This document shows positions 23,031 to 33,881 of a DNA stretch of 33,881 nucleotides, piece by piece. Origin of the DNA: Octopus bimaculoides (Eukaryota). Position numbers and translations under genes: made by a program. The stretch lies in the NCBI RefSeq assembly GCF_001194135.2, contig NC_068986.1:40744225-40778105 (forward strand). Direction: 5' to 3'. Below the pieces are notes generated by a model that had not been told where the DNA came from, did no database searches, and saw only the letters and a list, made by a program, of their open reading frames with translations. Within the stretch, counting starts at the first letter, position 1; every line of letters begins with the position of its first letter.

Positions 23031-23382
23031 TTATGTTTCTGTGTGAATATATGTGTATCACTGCACTTACATTTGTTGCCTCACACTGATGATCAGCGTT
23101 GGTTTATGTCCCTGCAATTTAGACCAATAGAATAAGTATTAGACGTAAATGAAAGTATTGGGGGTTGATTTGTTCAAGTAAAACCATTCAAGGTGGTGTC
23201 CCAGCATGACTACAGTCCAATAACAAACAAATATAAAGTAAAAGAAGAATGCTTAAATAGCAGAAATCTCTGTTGGTCAGTCAGCCTGTTAGAAATAACA
23301 CCTGAGCTGCCTTCAAATCACTTTTGTACTTGCTTAGAAGTAAGATATAGCAAATAATGTAGTCCTAGATATCATTTACCTT

Positions 23383-23745
23383 TTACTTATTTTAGTCATT
23401 AAACTATGGCCATGCTGGGGCACTGCCTTGAACAATTTTAGTCGAAAGAATCAAATCCAGAATTTATTTTTTTTAAAGCCTGGTACTTATTCTATCAACC
23501 TCTTGATGAACTGCTAATTTACAGGGATGTAAATACACCAACACCAGTTGGGGGAGGGGAGGAGACACACACACACACACACACACACACAATGGGCTTC
23601 TTTCAGTTTACATCTACCAAATCCACTCACAAGGCTTTGGTCAGCCTGATGCTACAGAAGACACTTGCCCAAGCTGCCATGCAGTAGGACTGAACCTGGA
23701 ACCATGCGGTTGAGAAGCAAGTTTCTTACCACACAGCCATGCCTG
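23383..23745 (-). mobile_element. SINE family A, full length with internal (CA)n
   Basis: Reverse complement of the 14831-15235 type. Confidence 0.85.
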
Positions 23746-23977
23746 CAATATGTTTGAATAAAAGACTGAATATCTTTAAAATTTAAGTATACTTTTTATA
23801 ATAATTTTACGTTTATTCTTGAAAAAGTATTTATCTCAGCCAGATCTGTACCCAACTAATAAGAACAAAAAACACTGAAAGAAGCTCTTACAATGACTCG
23901 TAAGTAGCAGCAAAATCTCCTTCGCACCATAGCCTACTATCTTAAAAAAAATAAAAATTAGGGACACCATATATTTG

Positions 23978-23978
<1 letters not shown>

Positions 23979-24010
<32 letters not shown>

Positions 24011-24299
24011 NNNNNNNNNNNNNNNNNNNNNNNNNNNNNNNNNNNNNNNNNNNNNNNNNNNNNNNNNNNNNNNNNNNNNNNNNNNNNNNNNNNNNNNNNN
24101 NNNNNNNNNNNNNNNNNNNNNNNNNNNNNNNNNNNNNNNNNNNNNNNNNNNNNNNNNNNNNNNNNNNNNNNNNNNNNNNNNNNNNNNNNNNNNNNNNNNN
24201 NNNNNNNNNNNNNNNNNNNNNNNNNNNNNNNNNNNNNNNNNNNNNNNNNNNNNNNNNNNNNNNNNNNNNNNNNNNNNNNNNNNNNNNNNNNNNNNNNNN
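23979..24299. other. Poly(A) run into assembly gap 24011-24299
   Basis: Seen directly. Confidence 0.95.
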
Positions 24300-25189
24300 A
24301 AACAGTGCTGCTATATTCACTTGCTAAACATTTTATCAATGAATAAAACTGGCCATTATCTTGAGTGAGGGGAAAAAATTATAGATGAGAAATCTGTAGT
24401 AGATAATAATTATTCAGGGGCTATCAAATGCAATTTGGGTCGGAACTTCCTTAGGTATGCTTTGTCCAAGAAGATCTCTTCCCTGTCCTCCTCTTACACT
24501 GATGTCCTGGCTGTGCCACACTGCTGTTTTGGCGAATGATAATATATTATGGCATCTGGCACATCCTCAAGTCTTAAGAGAAGCGAGTTAATTACTTAGT
24601 CGCTGGAAGAAAGTCAATTGTTTCTGGCAAAGAGTTCTTTTAACCGTTTACATGAAGTTGTGTTACAATAATACTTACATCTACAGGCAATTTACCAAAC
24701 AGATTTCGTTTAGCCATGGACGAATGTAAGCGCCATCATCTTCATTGGCTGCAACAATTCACATTTACATTTTACGAGCTGAAAGATTTGCTTCAATATT
24801 CTGAAATATCTGTTTGACTATTGGCAAGGGGCACTAATAGTTCTGTTCTCATGTGTTCTTCACTCACGGCTAGTCACTAATTACAAAGATGTCATTTAGA
24901 ATTCTAGTAGCAGATTGGTAAAAGGGAAGCAGGGTGGGTTGGGGGTAGGTAGGAAAGGATGGAAAGTCAATCATCCTCTATAATAAGGATTAAAATGAAA
25001 ATCTTATCAGAGAACAAGGGTGAGGTTATATGCACTTCTACACCGTGACTACAACTTTATACATGAAAGGTTTTGATGTGATTTGATCTTGGAATGAGAA
25101 AGAGAAACAGGAAACTATATAGGGAGATAGCATTCCACTGATTAATAAGATATTCCTTCTTATTCTTATTATACATTGATTGAGGAAGT

Positions 25190-25480
25190 GGACCATGTTA
25201 GTAATTAGGAATGATTCCATATGTTAAAAGAGCAATGACTATTGCCACAGGGCTGTTGTGATTTCTTGACATCTCAAAAGAATAGTGGAGGTTGATTTCA
25301 TAACCTTGTGGTATCATAAGTGCCACAGAATATCTGGCATTCATGAAGGAATCCAGCTTTGAAGTGGCTTCCTATTGCCTGTTCAAGTGAACTATTTGAA
25401 GTTCAGTAACTTGAGTACTGAAACAATGCAGTAGCAGGATACCACCTAATACTGAATGACATAATCTGGAAAGCATGTGG
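25190..25480 (+). mobile_element. Possible heavily decayed CR1/L2-type reverse transcriptase fragment
   Basis: FLDISK (tttcttgacatctcaaaa) followed by GI..G..L and AG(V)P-like remnants; several frameshifts. Confidence 0.3.
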
Positions 25481-27247
25481 GGAAACTCAGTGTCACAAAT
25501 ACTGAGCAGATATGGCAGTTAATTTTTACTGTGTTCACTCACTGAATTGTGGCCATTTGAAAGCTGTGGCTTTAGTTAATTTACTGAAAGATAAGGCATA
25601 ACTTAGAACTAAATACAAGATATTTGAAGAACAATATATTGATTTTATTCATCCTGATGTACATCTGATGGGGTTTTGTTTAACACTCACAAAAAGCAGC
25701 ATTGCACAATGGAAATGAACTTAGAACCTCTTTGTTTCGAAGTAAATTTATTACTTTCACAACCACATATGCTTGGCCTATACACTACTTTAAATAATAA
25801 TTATTTACTTTATTGGTTGCTACTACAACTGCATCTACCAGTCTGTATTATTGCTGGAACACCTATATAATTTAGACTCAGAACCAACACCAATACAGAT
25901 TGTTATTTGGTCTTCCTTTATTGATTGTAAAATTTGACATATGCTGTTAATAAGCTTATGATCTTAAAACAGGCTATTCACCTTTCAGTTTAAATCATTA
26001 AGCAAAAACATTTTGTTTTAACTATACAAAGCATTCTCTGCTTCACTTTAATATCTACTTAACTTTGCTTGCATGGAGAAGACAAGAGTGTGTTGAAGCA
26101 GTTTTCTATAACCCTTTCTGATGCCAAGCCTCACCTGTTCCCAAGCAAGTCAATAATCCTCTGGTCTATTCAACAACAAACAGGCCCAGCATAGTTACAA
26201 GGAGTGCTGGAAACAAACAACACCATTTGAAAGTGTTTTTTTGTTTATAAACATTGTGCAACATGTTGTGAAACCTGCATATGCTTTTGTGGTGGACTGT
26301 AATCAAACAACACAGCCAGTATAAATGTGATGCTTCTGTTTACAGACAGCAAGCACATGTCAAGATGAGGGAAAATACAAAATCACTCATACAAACACAC
26401 ATCAGCATGCACATTATATATATGTGTGTGTGCGTGTGCGCGTGCGCGTGCGCGTGTGTGTGTGTATAAGCATATATATATACATACATGTATATATAAA
26501 GCATTGGTTAAAGTTTTGAAAGGAATTAATACAAGAGATTAACATCAATGTAGTACAAGTGAATGAAAAGACTAAATATTTGTCATGTGACAATGTTATA
26601 GAAATGATAAATAAATCATGTCTATTTTGGTTATTCTTACAACAGCCAATCATTTAGCACTCAGCTACAGAAACTAATAACCATTTATTAAACTACTAGA
26701 CATTATTACTCCAGTCACTGTGTGGGAGTAGTACTCAAGATTTCTTTTTCATGTAGTATTAGTATTTTGAGCAGCGAATTATGTAAGTGTAGTTAACAGT
26801 TGTCTTCTCCTGACCAATGGAATAATTTGGCAATGTTTAGTTTTACTATGCAAATAGACTTTGTACATATTTACACACAGAAACATATACATGAAGAAAC
26901 AAAATCATACACATGTATACATATACTGTGAACCTAAGCCATGCATGGTCTTTGCAAGTTATTTCCTCTCTCTTGTTCCTCTATGACTTTCCACTAGTAT
27001 CCAGCAATGGACTATGTCCAAAATGTACTTTTATCCTATTAATTTTTCCTTCTTTGAGCATCAATCTAATATTTACTGTGAATGTCCCTTGAGTTTTTGT
27101 TTTTATTTGTATTTGCTTTGTTATATAATGTGTTTGTGTTTGGTTTGTTTATACACACATTTGTAAGAGAGAGAGAGAGAGAGATAGAGAGAGAAATTAA
27201 ATCAGCAGAAAATAGATTTTGACAGGATAATAAATCATTTTACATAC

Positions 27248-27286
27248 CAAGGATGTCACAGAAGGCAACTTTTGCACCCTCCTTTA
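27248..27286 (-). CDS. HSD17B14: HSD17B14-like SDR, exon 2 (39 nt, phase 1/1): (V)KEGAKVAFCDIL(D)
   Basis: Acceptor tttgttttttgcag, donor gtatgt. 39 nt as recalled for human exon 2 (VNSGARVVICDKD). The Asp after beta-B predicts NAD(H) preference. Confidence 0.88.
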
Positions 27287-27439
27287 CTGCAAAAAACAAA
27301 AAAAAAGTGTTACAATGTTATATGAAAATAAAAAAAGGCATTGGAGGGGCGATGCATATGCTACTCGCACACAGGGATAAAATAAAACTTAATTCAATAT
27401 ATTCGTAGACGAATTCATATTTTAACAAAAAGACATCAA

Positions 27440-27688
27440 GAGTTATTTCTCCTGCTTATCATTTATGCATACGTAACACAGGAAAAAAAAAATGCATTTC
27501 GATTCACCCATCTGCCAGTTTTGAAGACTATGAAACCAAAATAAGGAGTTTGAGCCACTCACCCAATGAGTGTTTCTGCCAAATTTGGGGAAAATCCGTT
27601 CAGCTGTTTTCCAGTAATTTTGTAAACACACAGACAAAGATGAGCAACTACAATACCCTACTTTTGCTTACGTGTGCAGGGTAACTAG
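27440..27688 (+). mobile_element. Possible Helentron/HINE (DINE-1-like) non-autonomous element 3' part
   Basis: ccaaatttggggaaaatccgttcagc...acacagacaaa, then a terminal hairpin taccct...agggta. Confidence 0.35.
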
Positions 27689-27974
27689 TTTAACAGGAAA
27701 AGGCTAACCATTAAAGTAAATGTTTCCCATGCTCATAAAGTTTTCTTTTAATTGAAATACCTGACATAAAAGGTATTCTAGTTTACTTTTGTTTCACTTC
27801 CCTGTCATTCAACGTGACCAAGTTTCAACTGAATACAAACCTTCTGGGAATATACAGATATTTCCAGGATGAAAACCCAAACAAAACTAAAGAACCCTTG
27901 TGATTAATGGTAATGATTTCATTAAATGTGATTGTGAAACTGTTGGCTAATTCAAGTGAAGTAGAACAGGTGAT

Positions 27975-28555
27975 GTGTGGTTGTTCACTTCACAATTATG
28001 TGGCTTTGAGTTCAGTCACACTAAATGGCATCTTGGGCAAATGTATTCTAGTATAGTCCCAGGCTGACCAATGCCTTTGTGAGTGAATGTGGTAGATGGA
28101 GACTTTGTGGAAGCTCAGGGGTTGTGTATGCCAGGTTATCTTAAGCAGCATGATAGACCCNNNNNNNNNNNNNNNNNNNNNNNNNNNNNNNNNNNNNNNN
28201 NNNNNNNNNNNNNNNNNNNNNNNNNNNNNNNNNNNNNNNAGCAAATCAAAGCATGGGACTAGAGCATATTTTGACAGCAATGAAAGTCATACATAGATCA
28301 GAACTGGGCCCCTAGACTCCTGAGGCACCTTGGCAACTGCTTAGTGTGCCCATTCTTTAAGAAGGGACTGTATGTGCTTATCTGCCCCAACTTTCGTTTT
28401 TTCTTTTTACATCCTTTTAACAAAGAAATTCAGCAAAAGAGACCAATAAAATAAGTACCAGACTCAAAGTAAGTACTGGGGTGGGAGTCAACTTGTTTGG
28501 TTAACCTGACAAGGCAGTGCTCCAGCATGGCTGCAGGCCAGTGACTGAATCACAT
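27975..28555 (+). mobile_element. SINE family A fragments (head 27975-28135, tail 28430-28555) around gap 28161-28239
   Basis: Homology to family A. Confidence 0.65.
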
Positions 28556-28665
28556 CAAATATATATAAGAAAATCTGTTTCTCTTTAACACTCCCTTTCA
28601 TTCTATTCTTCCTTTTCCTCTTTCCTAGAGAGGTGGTGCATATTCTGCTTTTTTGGTTCCCCTTG

Positions 28666-29663
28666 CATGGTAAACAGTGATAACTGAAATAATGACCTTC
28701 ATATCATTTTCTAATACATTTCGGCAGATTTGTAGGTAAATATGCTAATTGCTGCTGTGTTTGTCACCAAAGTGCAGCTTCTCCTTTGTAGTGAATGTGT
28801 TCATAATACACTCGATTCATTAGTGCAAGGGATTATGGGACACTAGTGTTTCAATATGTCTTAACTAGATGTACTTGAACTAATAAATCTAACAGGGTTT
28901 GAGCAGATGTTGTTGCTGCTGGCACTCCGTTGCTTACAACGTCGAGGGTTCCAGTTGATCTGATTAACGGAACAGCCTGCTCGTGATATTAACGTGCAAG
29001 TGGCTGAGCACTCCACAGACACGTGTACCCTTAACGTAGTTCTCGGGGATATTCAGCGTGACAGAGTGTGACAAGGCTGACTCTTTGAATTACAGGCACA
29101 ACAGAAACAGGAAGTAAGAGTGAGAGAAAGTTGTGGTGAAAGAGTACAGCAGGGTTCGCTACCATCCCCTGCCGGAGCCGTGTGGAGCTTTAGATGTTTT
29201 CGCTCAATAAACACTCACAACACCTGGTCTGGGAATTGAAACCGTGATCCTATGACCGCAAGTCTGCTGCTTTAACCACTGGGCCATTGCGCCTCCACAA
29301 TGAGCAGATATATCATTAAGAATACACATTTCAGTTCTTGCACTTTACCTAGCAAATGATTTATTATCGGTTGGTAGATACCAGCATGGGTCATCAAAGA
29401 GTTTGCTTGCTGAAATTACAAACAAGGCCATTGGCTCTTGCTAGATTTGTCAGTCAGGGTACCTCTGGCTGATGAAATATGTTGAAACACTGGTTGTTTC
29501 AGAATCCCTTGCACTAATAAATCAAATGTGTTATGAAAATAGAATTGTTGCAATGTAGAGGCTACCTTCCTGTGAAGAAGAGCACAATAATTAGGATATT
29601 TGTGTTCAAATCTTGCCAGAAAACACATGCAAGTTATTGTTTCAATTCTCACAGATCACCATG
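28666..29663. mobile_element. Old long-TIR (foldback/MITE) element with ~230-bp arms, interrupted by a SINE
   Basis: Arms 28666-28897 and 29435-29663 align as inverted copies along their whole length. Confidence 0.75.
28909..29300 (-). mobile_element. SINE family C, full length, 9-bp TSD
   Basis: tgagcagat at 28900-28908 and 29301-29309; close homolog of 16737-17104. Confidence 0.92.
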
Positions 29664-29704
29664 GTGCAAATAATGAATTTACACACACACATACACACAC
29701 AGGT

Positions 29705-29915
29705 TTCAAATGTTGGCCCAAGGCCAGCAATTTTGGAGAAGGGAGAAAAATCAAGTACATCGACTCTAGCATTCAACAGGTACTTATTTTATTAATCCCA
29801 GAAGAATGAAAGGTAAAGTCAACCCAGGCAGAATTTGAACTCAGAACATAACGATGGATGAAATGTCACTAAGCATTTTGTCCAGAGTGCTAATGATTCT
29901 GTCAGCTTGGTGCCC
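29705..29915 (-). mobile_element. SINE family B
   Basis: Homology to the other B copies. Confidence 0.85.
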
Positions 29916-30072
29916 TAAAATTCCAGTATGTTTCAAACAGAATTGTTACAATACATCATCCATTGTTAAGTAGGTTCTTATCAAAGTTCATTTCCCAAAA
30001 GTATTAGATTTCGTCAGACAATATGGCATGCATTGTATACACATTATCATTATGATATAATCATTATGATGT

Positions 30073-30111
<39 letters not shown>

Positions 30112-31321
30112 AAGGGGAGGTGCAAATGAAGTGACAGTAATATTTTAAAAGATAAATCTAATTAAAAACGTAAACGAGGAAATGTACTCTATATATCATC
30201 AATCGAAACTGAAATGTAATTGATATTGTGTGTACGGATATCTTGAAACGAAGATATACAATCCATTTTAAACAACAAATGAGATTCGCAAAAAGCTGTT
30301 TGCTCTAAATATGGATTTTTTTAAAAAAAGCAATCTTCTACATGTCAACGTGCAGGTACAAATAGAACAATACCGCTTGTTCCATTCTCAGTTTTTCTTT
30401 CTTACAAAGCATCTACCTCTGCAGTTATCTCAACATGAACAGGGTTACTATTCTTATGGCAGTGAATATACAGAAACTAAGTTGTTTTCGTTTTGGCGTG
30501 TTTTATGATTTCATTTTCAATTCAATTGTCACATGAAAACAAGACTCGACCTATTTTTTTGTCGGTCATGAGTTGCAATACGCAAACACCACTTTTTAAT
30601 GTTATTGACACGAACTAACCAAGGAGGTTATTTTTTTTGTTCAACCTGCTAAAAATTGCAGCAAAATGTCATGAAAAAAATTGTGAAAAATTAAGACCGG
30701 ATAGTCACGTCTGAAATGTCTTTGTAAGACGGTAGTTGCGTGATTATTTTAATGTATATTTTTTCTTTCTTAAGAAGAAACGGGTTAGTGTTATATTTAC
30801 AAGCGTTTCCACTTTCCTTTTTGTCTTCAATATATTTATTTCTATATAAATACATTTCGTTTGCATTTGAAGCTTATAAATACATTTCAGATGCAACTGT
30901 AATTTCCATCCTTAATAAATTGAAATGTTTTGAATTTCCTGAAAGTGAAACACTACAACACAATTATTTCCAATACTGAAAATTCAATACTTCTATAAAT
31001 TTGGAAACTAATAACATCTATTATAAGATGTTCGTGTTCTTTATCGGGGAAACTAATATATAAACATCCATATAGTTTCCGTTTACTCAATTTCACTGAT
31101 AATCTATACAGATCACCTGAAGGTAGAATCGTTACCGCAACGGACAAAATGCATAACGGTATTTCTTCCGGCTCTTTACGTGTGGTTAGTATGCATTTTA
31201 CAGTCATATATGCACACGCACATTGCGATAGAGATCGGAAATGTCACAATGACATCCTGTAATTTCATGTAAATATGTGCCCTACCGATGTATCAAATAC
31301 ATAAACGTACGTATATTTAAT

Positions 31322-31710
31322 ACTAGCAGAGGCACCCGGCGTTGCTCGGGAATGAAATTGTTGCTTATTGGTACTTGGAAACTTTTACGAAAATTAAAAT
31401 GGGGATTAAATGAAACAAATGATTTACGTGAATATCCTCACAAGAGTAATTGAAATAAATGGCGATTGTGGAACCGCCCACGGACGCACACAGTATAACA
31501 CATCAGATGAAATGGACGTGTGTGTGTGTGTGTGTGTGACAGAGAGAGAGGTTTGTTATGTATACGTACATGCATAAATGTGCATACATCTTTGTGTATG
31601 AGTGTGTGTGTGTGTGCGTGTGTATGAGAGAGAGAAAGAGAGTAAATACTACATACACACCGCTCTCTCACTCTGTCTCACACACACACCCACACGCACA
31701 CATACATCCA
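31322..31710 (+). mobile_element. Probable Helitron/Helentron-like non-autonomous element with internal microsatellites
   Basis: Starts actagcagaggcacccggcgttgctcggg (hairpin cccgg...tcggg), a terminus style typical of such elements. Other end not defined. Confidence 0.4.
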
Positions 31711-32098
31711 AAAATGATGGATTAGTTTTTCTCAACCTCTAAATTTGTTTCATCACAAACGTTCGCAAAAATATGATGTAAATAAATCATCATTGGTCTC
31801 ACATTGTCGCCAGAGTTTCTTCTTGGAGATGGTGACCTTCTATGGTCAGTGTATAGATACTCTCATCGTTAGGATTAACAAAACTGAATGAATGGTTAAC
31901 AAATTTCATGAGTATAGAAATTGGCGAGACCCACTCAAGAAGCTTACTCGTCAGATGGAGAGTAAAGGAGTTTGATGAAATTTTGCTATATCATTGTCGT
32001 CACTTCTGGTTTCTGTTGCAATATGCTTTTATTTTTTATGGACAATTTACTTTCATCCGCTGCCACTGGCTGTTTAAGTCTCAATATTTTACGAGGGT

Positions 32099-32310
32099 TT
32101 GGCGGTGAGTTGGCAGAATCGTCAGCACGCCAGGCAAAACGCTTAGCAATTTTTCGTTCGTCTCTCCGTTCAGAGTTCAAATTCTTCCGTGGTCGACCTT
32201 GCCTTTTATCCTTTCGGGGTTGATAAAATAAGTACCAGTCATGTACTGAGGTCGATGTAATCGACTTACCCTTCCCCTAAAATTACCACCTTGTGCCAGA
32301 ATTTGAAACT
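32099..32310 (+). mobile_element. SINE family B, first of a tandem array
   Basis: ggcggtgagttggcagaatcg head; B-box gagttcaaattc. Confidence 0.9.
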
Positions 32311-32328
32311 AATATTTTTATGATATAA

Positions 32329-32572
32329 AGCAATGAGCTGGCAGAATCATTAGCATGCCGGGCAAAATGCCTAGCGGCATTTCGCCGTTTCTACGTTCTG
32401 AGTTCAAATTCTGCCGAGGTCGACTTTGTTTTTCATCCCTTCGAGGTTGATAAAATAAGTACCAGTTGAACACTGGGGGCCAATGTAATCGACTTCCTCA
32501 TTCCCCTCAAAACTGTGGGGGCCAATGTAATCGACTTCCTCATTCCCCTCAAAACTGTTGGCCTTGTGCCAA
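32329..32572 (+). mobile_element. SINE family B, second copy, with a perfect 42-bp tandem duplication
   Basis: 32474-32515 is identical to 32516-32557. Confidence 0.9.
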
Positions 32573-32644
32573 TATATATAGATATAAATCAATATTTCAT
32601 GACAGTAAACTGCATGCTAACATTTTGGTGCCAATGAAATACTA

Positions 32645-32718
32645 GAGAAGTACTTGGGTCGATGTAATCGTTTTGACACCCACACTCAAAATTGCTATCC
32701 TTGTGCCAAAATTAGAAT
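32645..32718 (+). mobile_element. SINE family B, 3' fragment
   Basis: tacttgggtcgatgtaatcg...ccttgtgccaaaattagaa. Confidence 0.75.
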
Positions 32719-32751
32719 ATAGAGATCAGCCTAAAGCTATAGATAATGAGA

Positions 32752-32792
32752 AGTGCCACGACGGATTGAACTCGAGACCTCGTGGCTGCAAG
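32752..32792 (-). pseudogene. tRNA-derived 3' half (T-arm) remnant
   Basis: Minus strand gaggtctcgagttcaatccgtcgtggca; no 5' half. Confidence 0.3.
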
Positions 32793-33881
32793 AATTTAGT
32801 AGTCAGTTGTAGTGCCAATAAAATTCCACATTTAGGAATGGAATTTTAAATGTTAGCATACACTTTCATATACCAAGTAAGATACAAAAATTTATTCATG
32901 CTGGGTTTGAAGGTTTCAATTTACATTTATTTTTAAAAAAATGTTTTATGCTCTTTAAATTGTTAATTTAGATAATATTTGAGTTTATTTCAAATTTTTC
33001 TATAAATTTGAAGTCTTACTCATAGAGCATAAAACCTGAATTTTTAGAGGTACAAACAAAATTAAATGTAAAATACTGAAAGATTTTTTTTTCTACGCGT
33101 AACCCCCTTCTTATTTGAAACCGCTACATCTTTGAAGATATAAAATTTTAAATGAAGAATCTTAACGTCATCATTACAAAACGAATAGTTTATATAATTT
33201 TTCAATGAAAGAACTGCCTTTCAGTTTTGTTACTAAATAATATATAAAAATTTAAACGGAAGACGTTTTTATCTTCAACGGTATTTGAAACCGCGTCCTA
33301 ACTTTTAGTAGATATAATTTTTTTGATAACCCATTGAAACCTCAGGCAGATCTTGCACAATATTTCTGTTTCAACCATATTCCAGTATCTCAAACGAGTT
33401 CATTGATATGCATGTGCAACATGCCGCAAAGATTGCCCGAAAAGACCTATCTTGGAAGATAATGCAGACGGTAACAGCTATCTGGGAAATGCTGCAGTCT
33501 TGCATGCGCCAAAGACGACGTGGAGCTCCTTTACTATTATTTCTGTGCCGGGTGATCAGGCCTTGATCACTATCCAATTCGAAGCTATTCTAGCATAACT
33601 GGCAGTACAGTTTGAGAGACGATACACTGTGTTAATCGCAGAAAAAAGCTTTTTAAAAATCAACTGTTAATGTATACTATTGCATTGTTTTACGACCAAG
33701 CACCGATTCACTTTGAAAGTGACCGTAGAGTTCATGGCTTACAAGGTTCTTAAATATGTGAACGGTTAACTCGGCATTTCTACAGATGTGTACCCCCACC
33801 TACTTTGTTTCCTCATAACTCTCAGAAAAATGGATATTTTTAAATGAAATTTTACCCTTTTCTAGCTCTAAAAGGGCTTAA

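Noticed and set aside
22196-23061. Several 68-117 aa ORFs rich in H, T, L, S or E, R, A
   Set aside because: They are translations of the minisatellite and foldback, with no protein motif.
24400-24830. Coding-looking segment, possibly a mariner C-terminus
   Set aside because: Stops interrupt the frames I translated and there is no convincing motif; cannot be supported.
28620-28705. MKVIISVITVYHARG as a candidate exon 1
   Set aside because: Lacks TGxxxGxG, has no suitable donor and overlaps the inverted-repeat arm.
30406-30500. Strong gtaag donor on the minus strand as a candidate first exon
   Set aside because: No SDR-like translation; it cannot be distinguished from a chance donor without transcripts.
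30953-31207. 84-aa ORF with a faint resemblance to Helitron helicase (SVAVTILPSG)
   Set aside because: No Walker A or other helicase motif; also not exon 1.
33112-33294. 13-bp direct repeat tatttgaaaccgc
   Set aside because: Too few copies and irregular spacing; probably internal to a repeat. Not CRISPR-like.
33371-33600. GC-richer segment with short ORFs on both strands
   Set aside because: No recognisable domain or splice context.

Overview
AT-rich, repeat-dense eukaryotic DNA from a gapped draft assembly with six N-runs. The SINE families, microsatellites and gap pattern look like an octopus (coleoid cephalopod) genome; this is inference from recognition, not a search. The one real gene is a minus-strand, intron-rich short-chain dehydrogenase/reductase most similar to HSD17B14 (17-beta-HSD14 / L-fucose dehydrogenase). 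I recovered eight GT-AG exons (human-equivalent exons 2-9) between 27286 and 3231. They splice in frame to 237 codons plus stop, with NNAG, Ser-YxxxK and an acidic NAD-selecting residue. I could not find exon 1 (the TGxxxGxG motif) in the window. None of the supplied ORFs is a real standalone gene: they are gap, microsatellite or repeat translations, and only 12905..13132 partly reads a true exon in frame. The introns hold several tRNA-derived SINE families (my labels A-D and F; E marks RTE-LINE 3' ends), RTE LINE fragments and MITEs. The most notable structures are a young 652-bp TIR element with perfect 28-bp TIRs nested in a SINE, a 514-bp foldback apparently made by template switching, a ~1-kb old inverted repeat, a possible cryptic exon-2-like cassette, and a poly(A) signal embedded in two competing hairpins. 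I found no clearly new biological system; the findings are leads.
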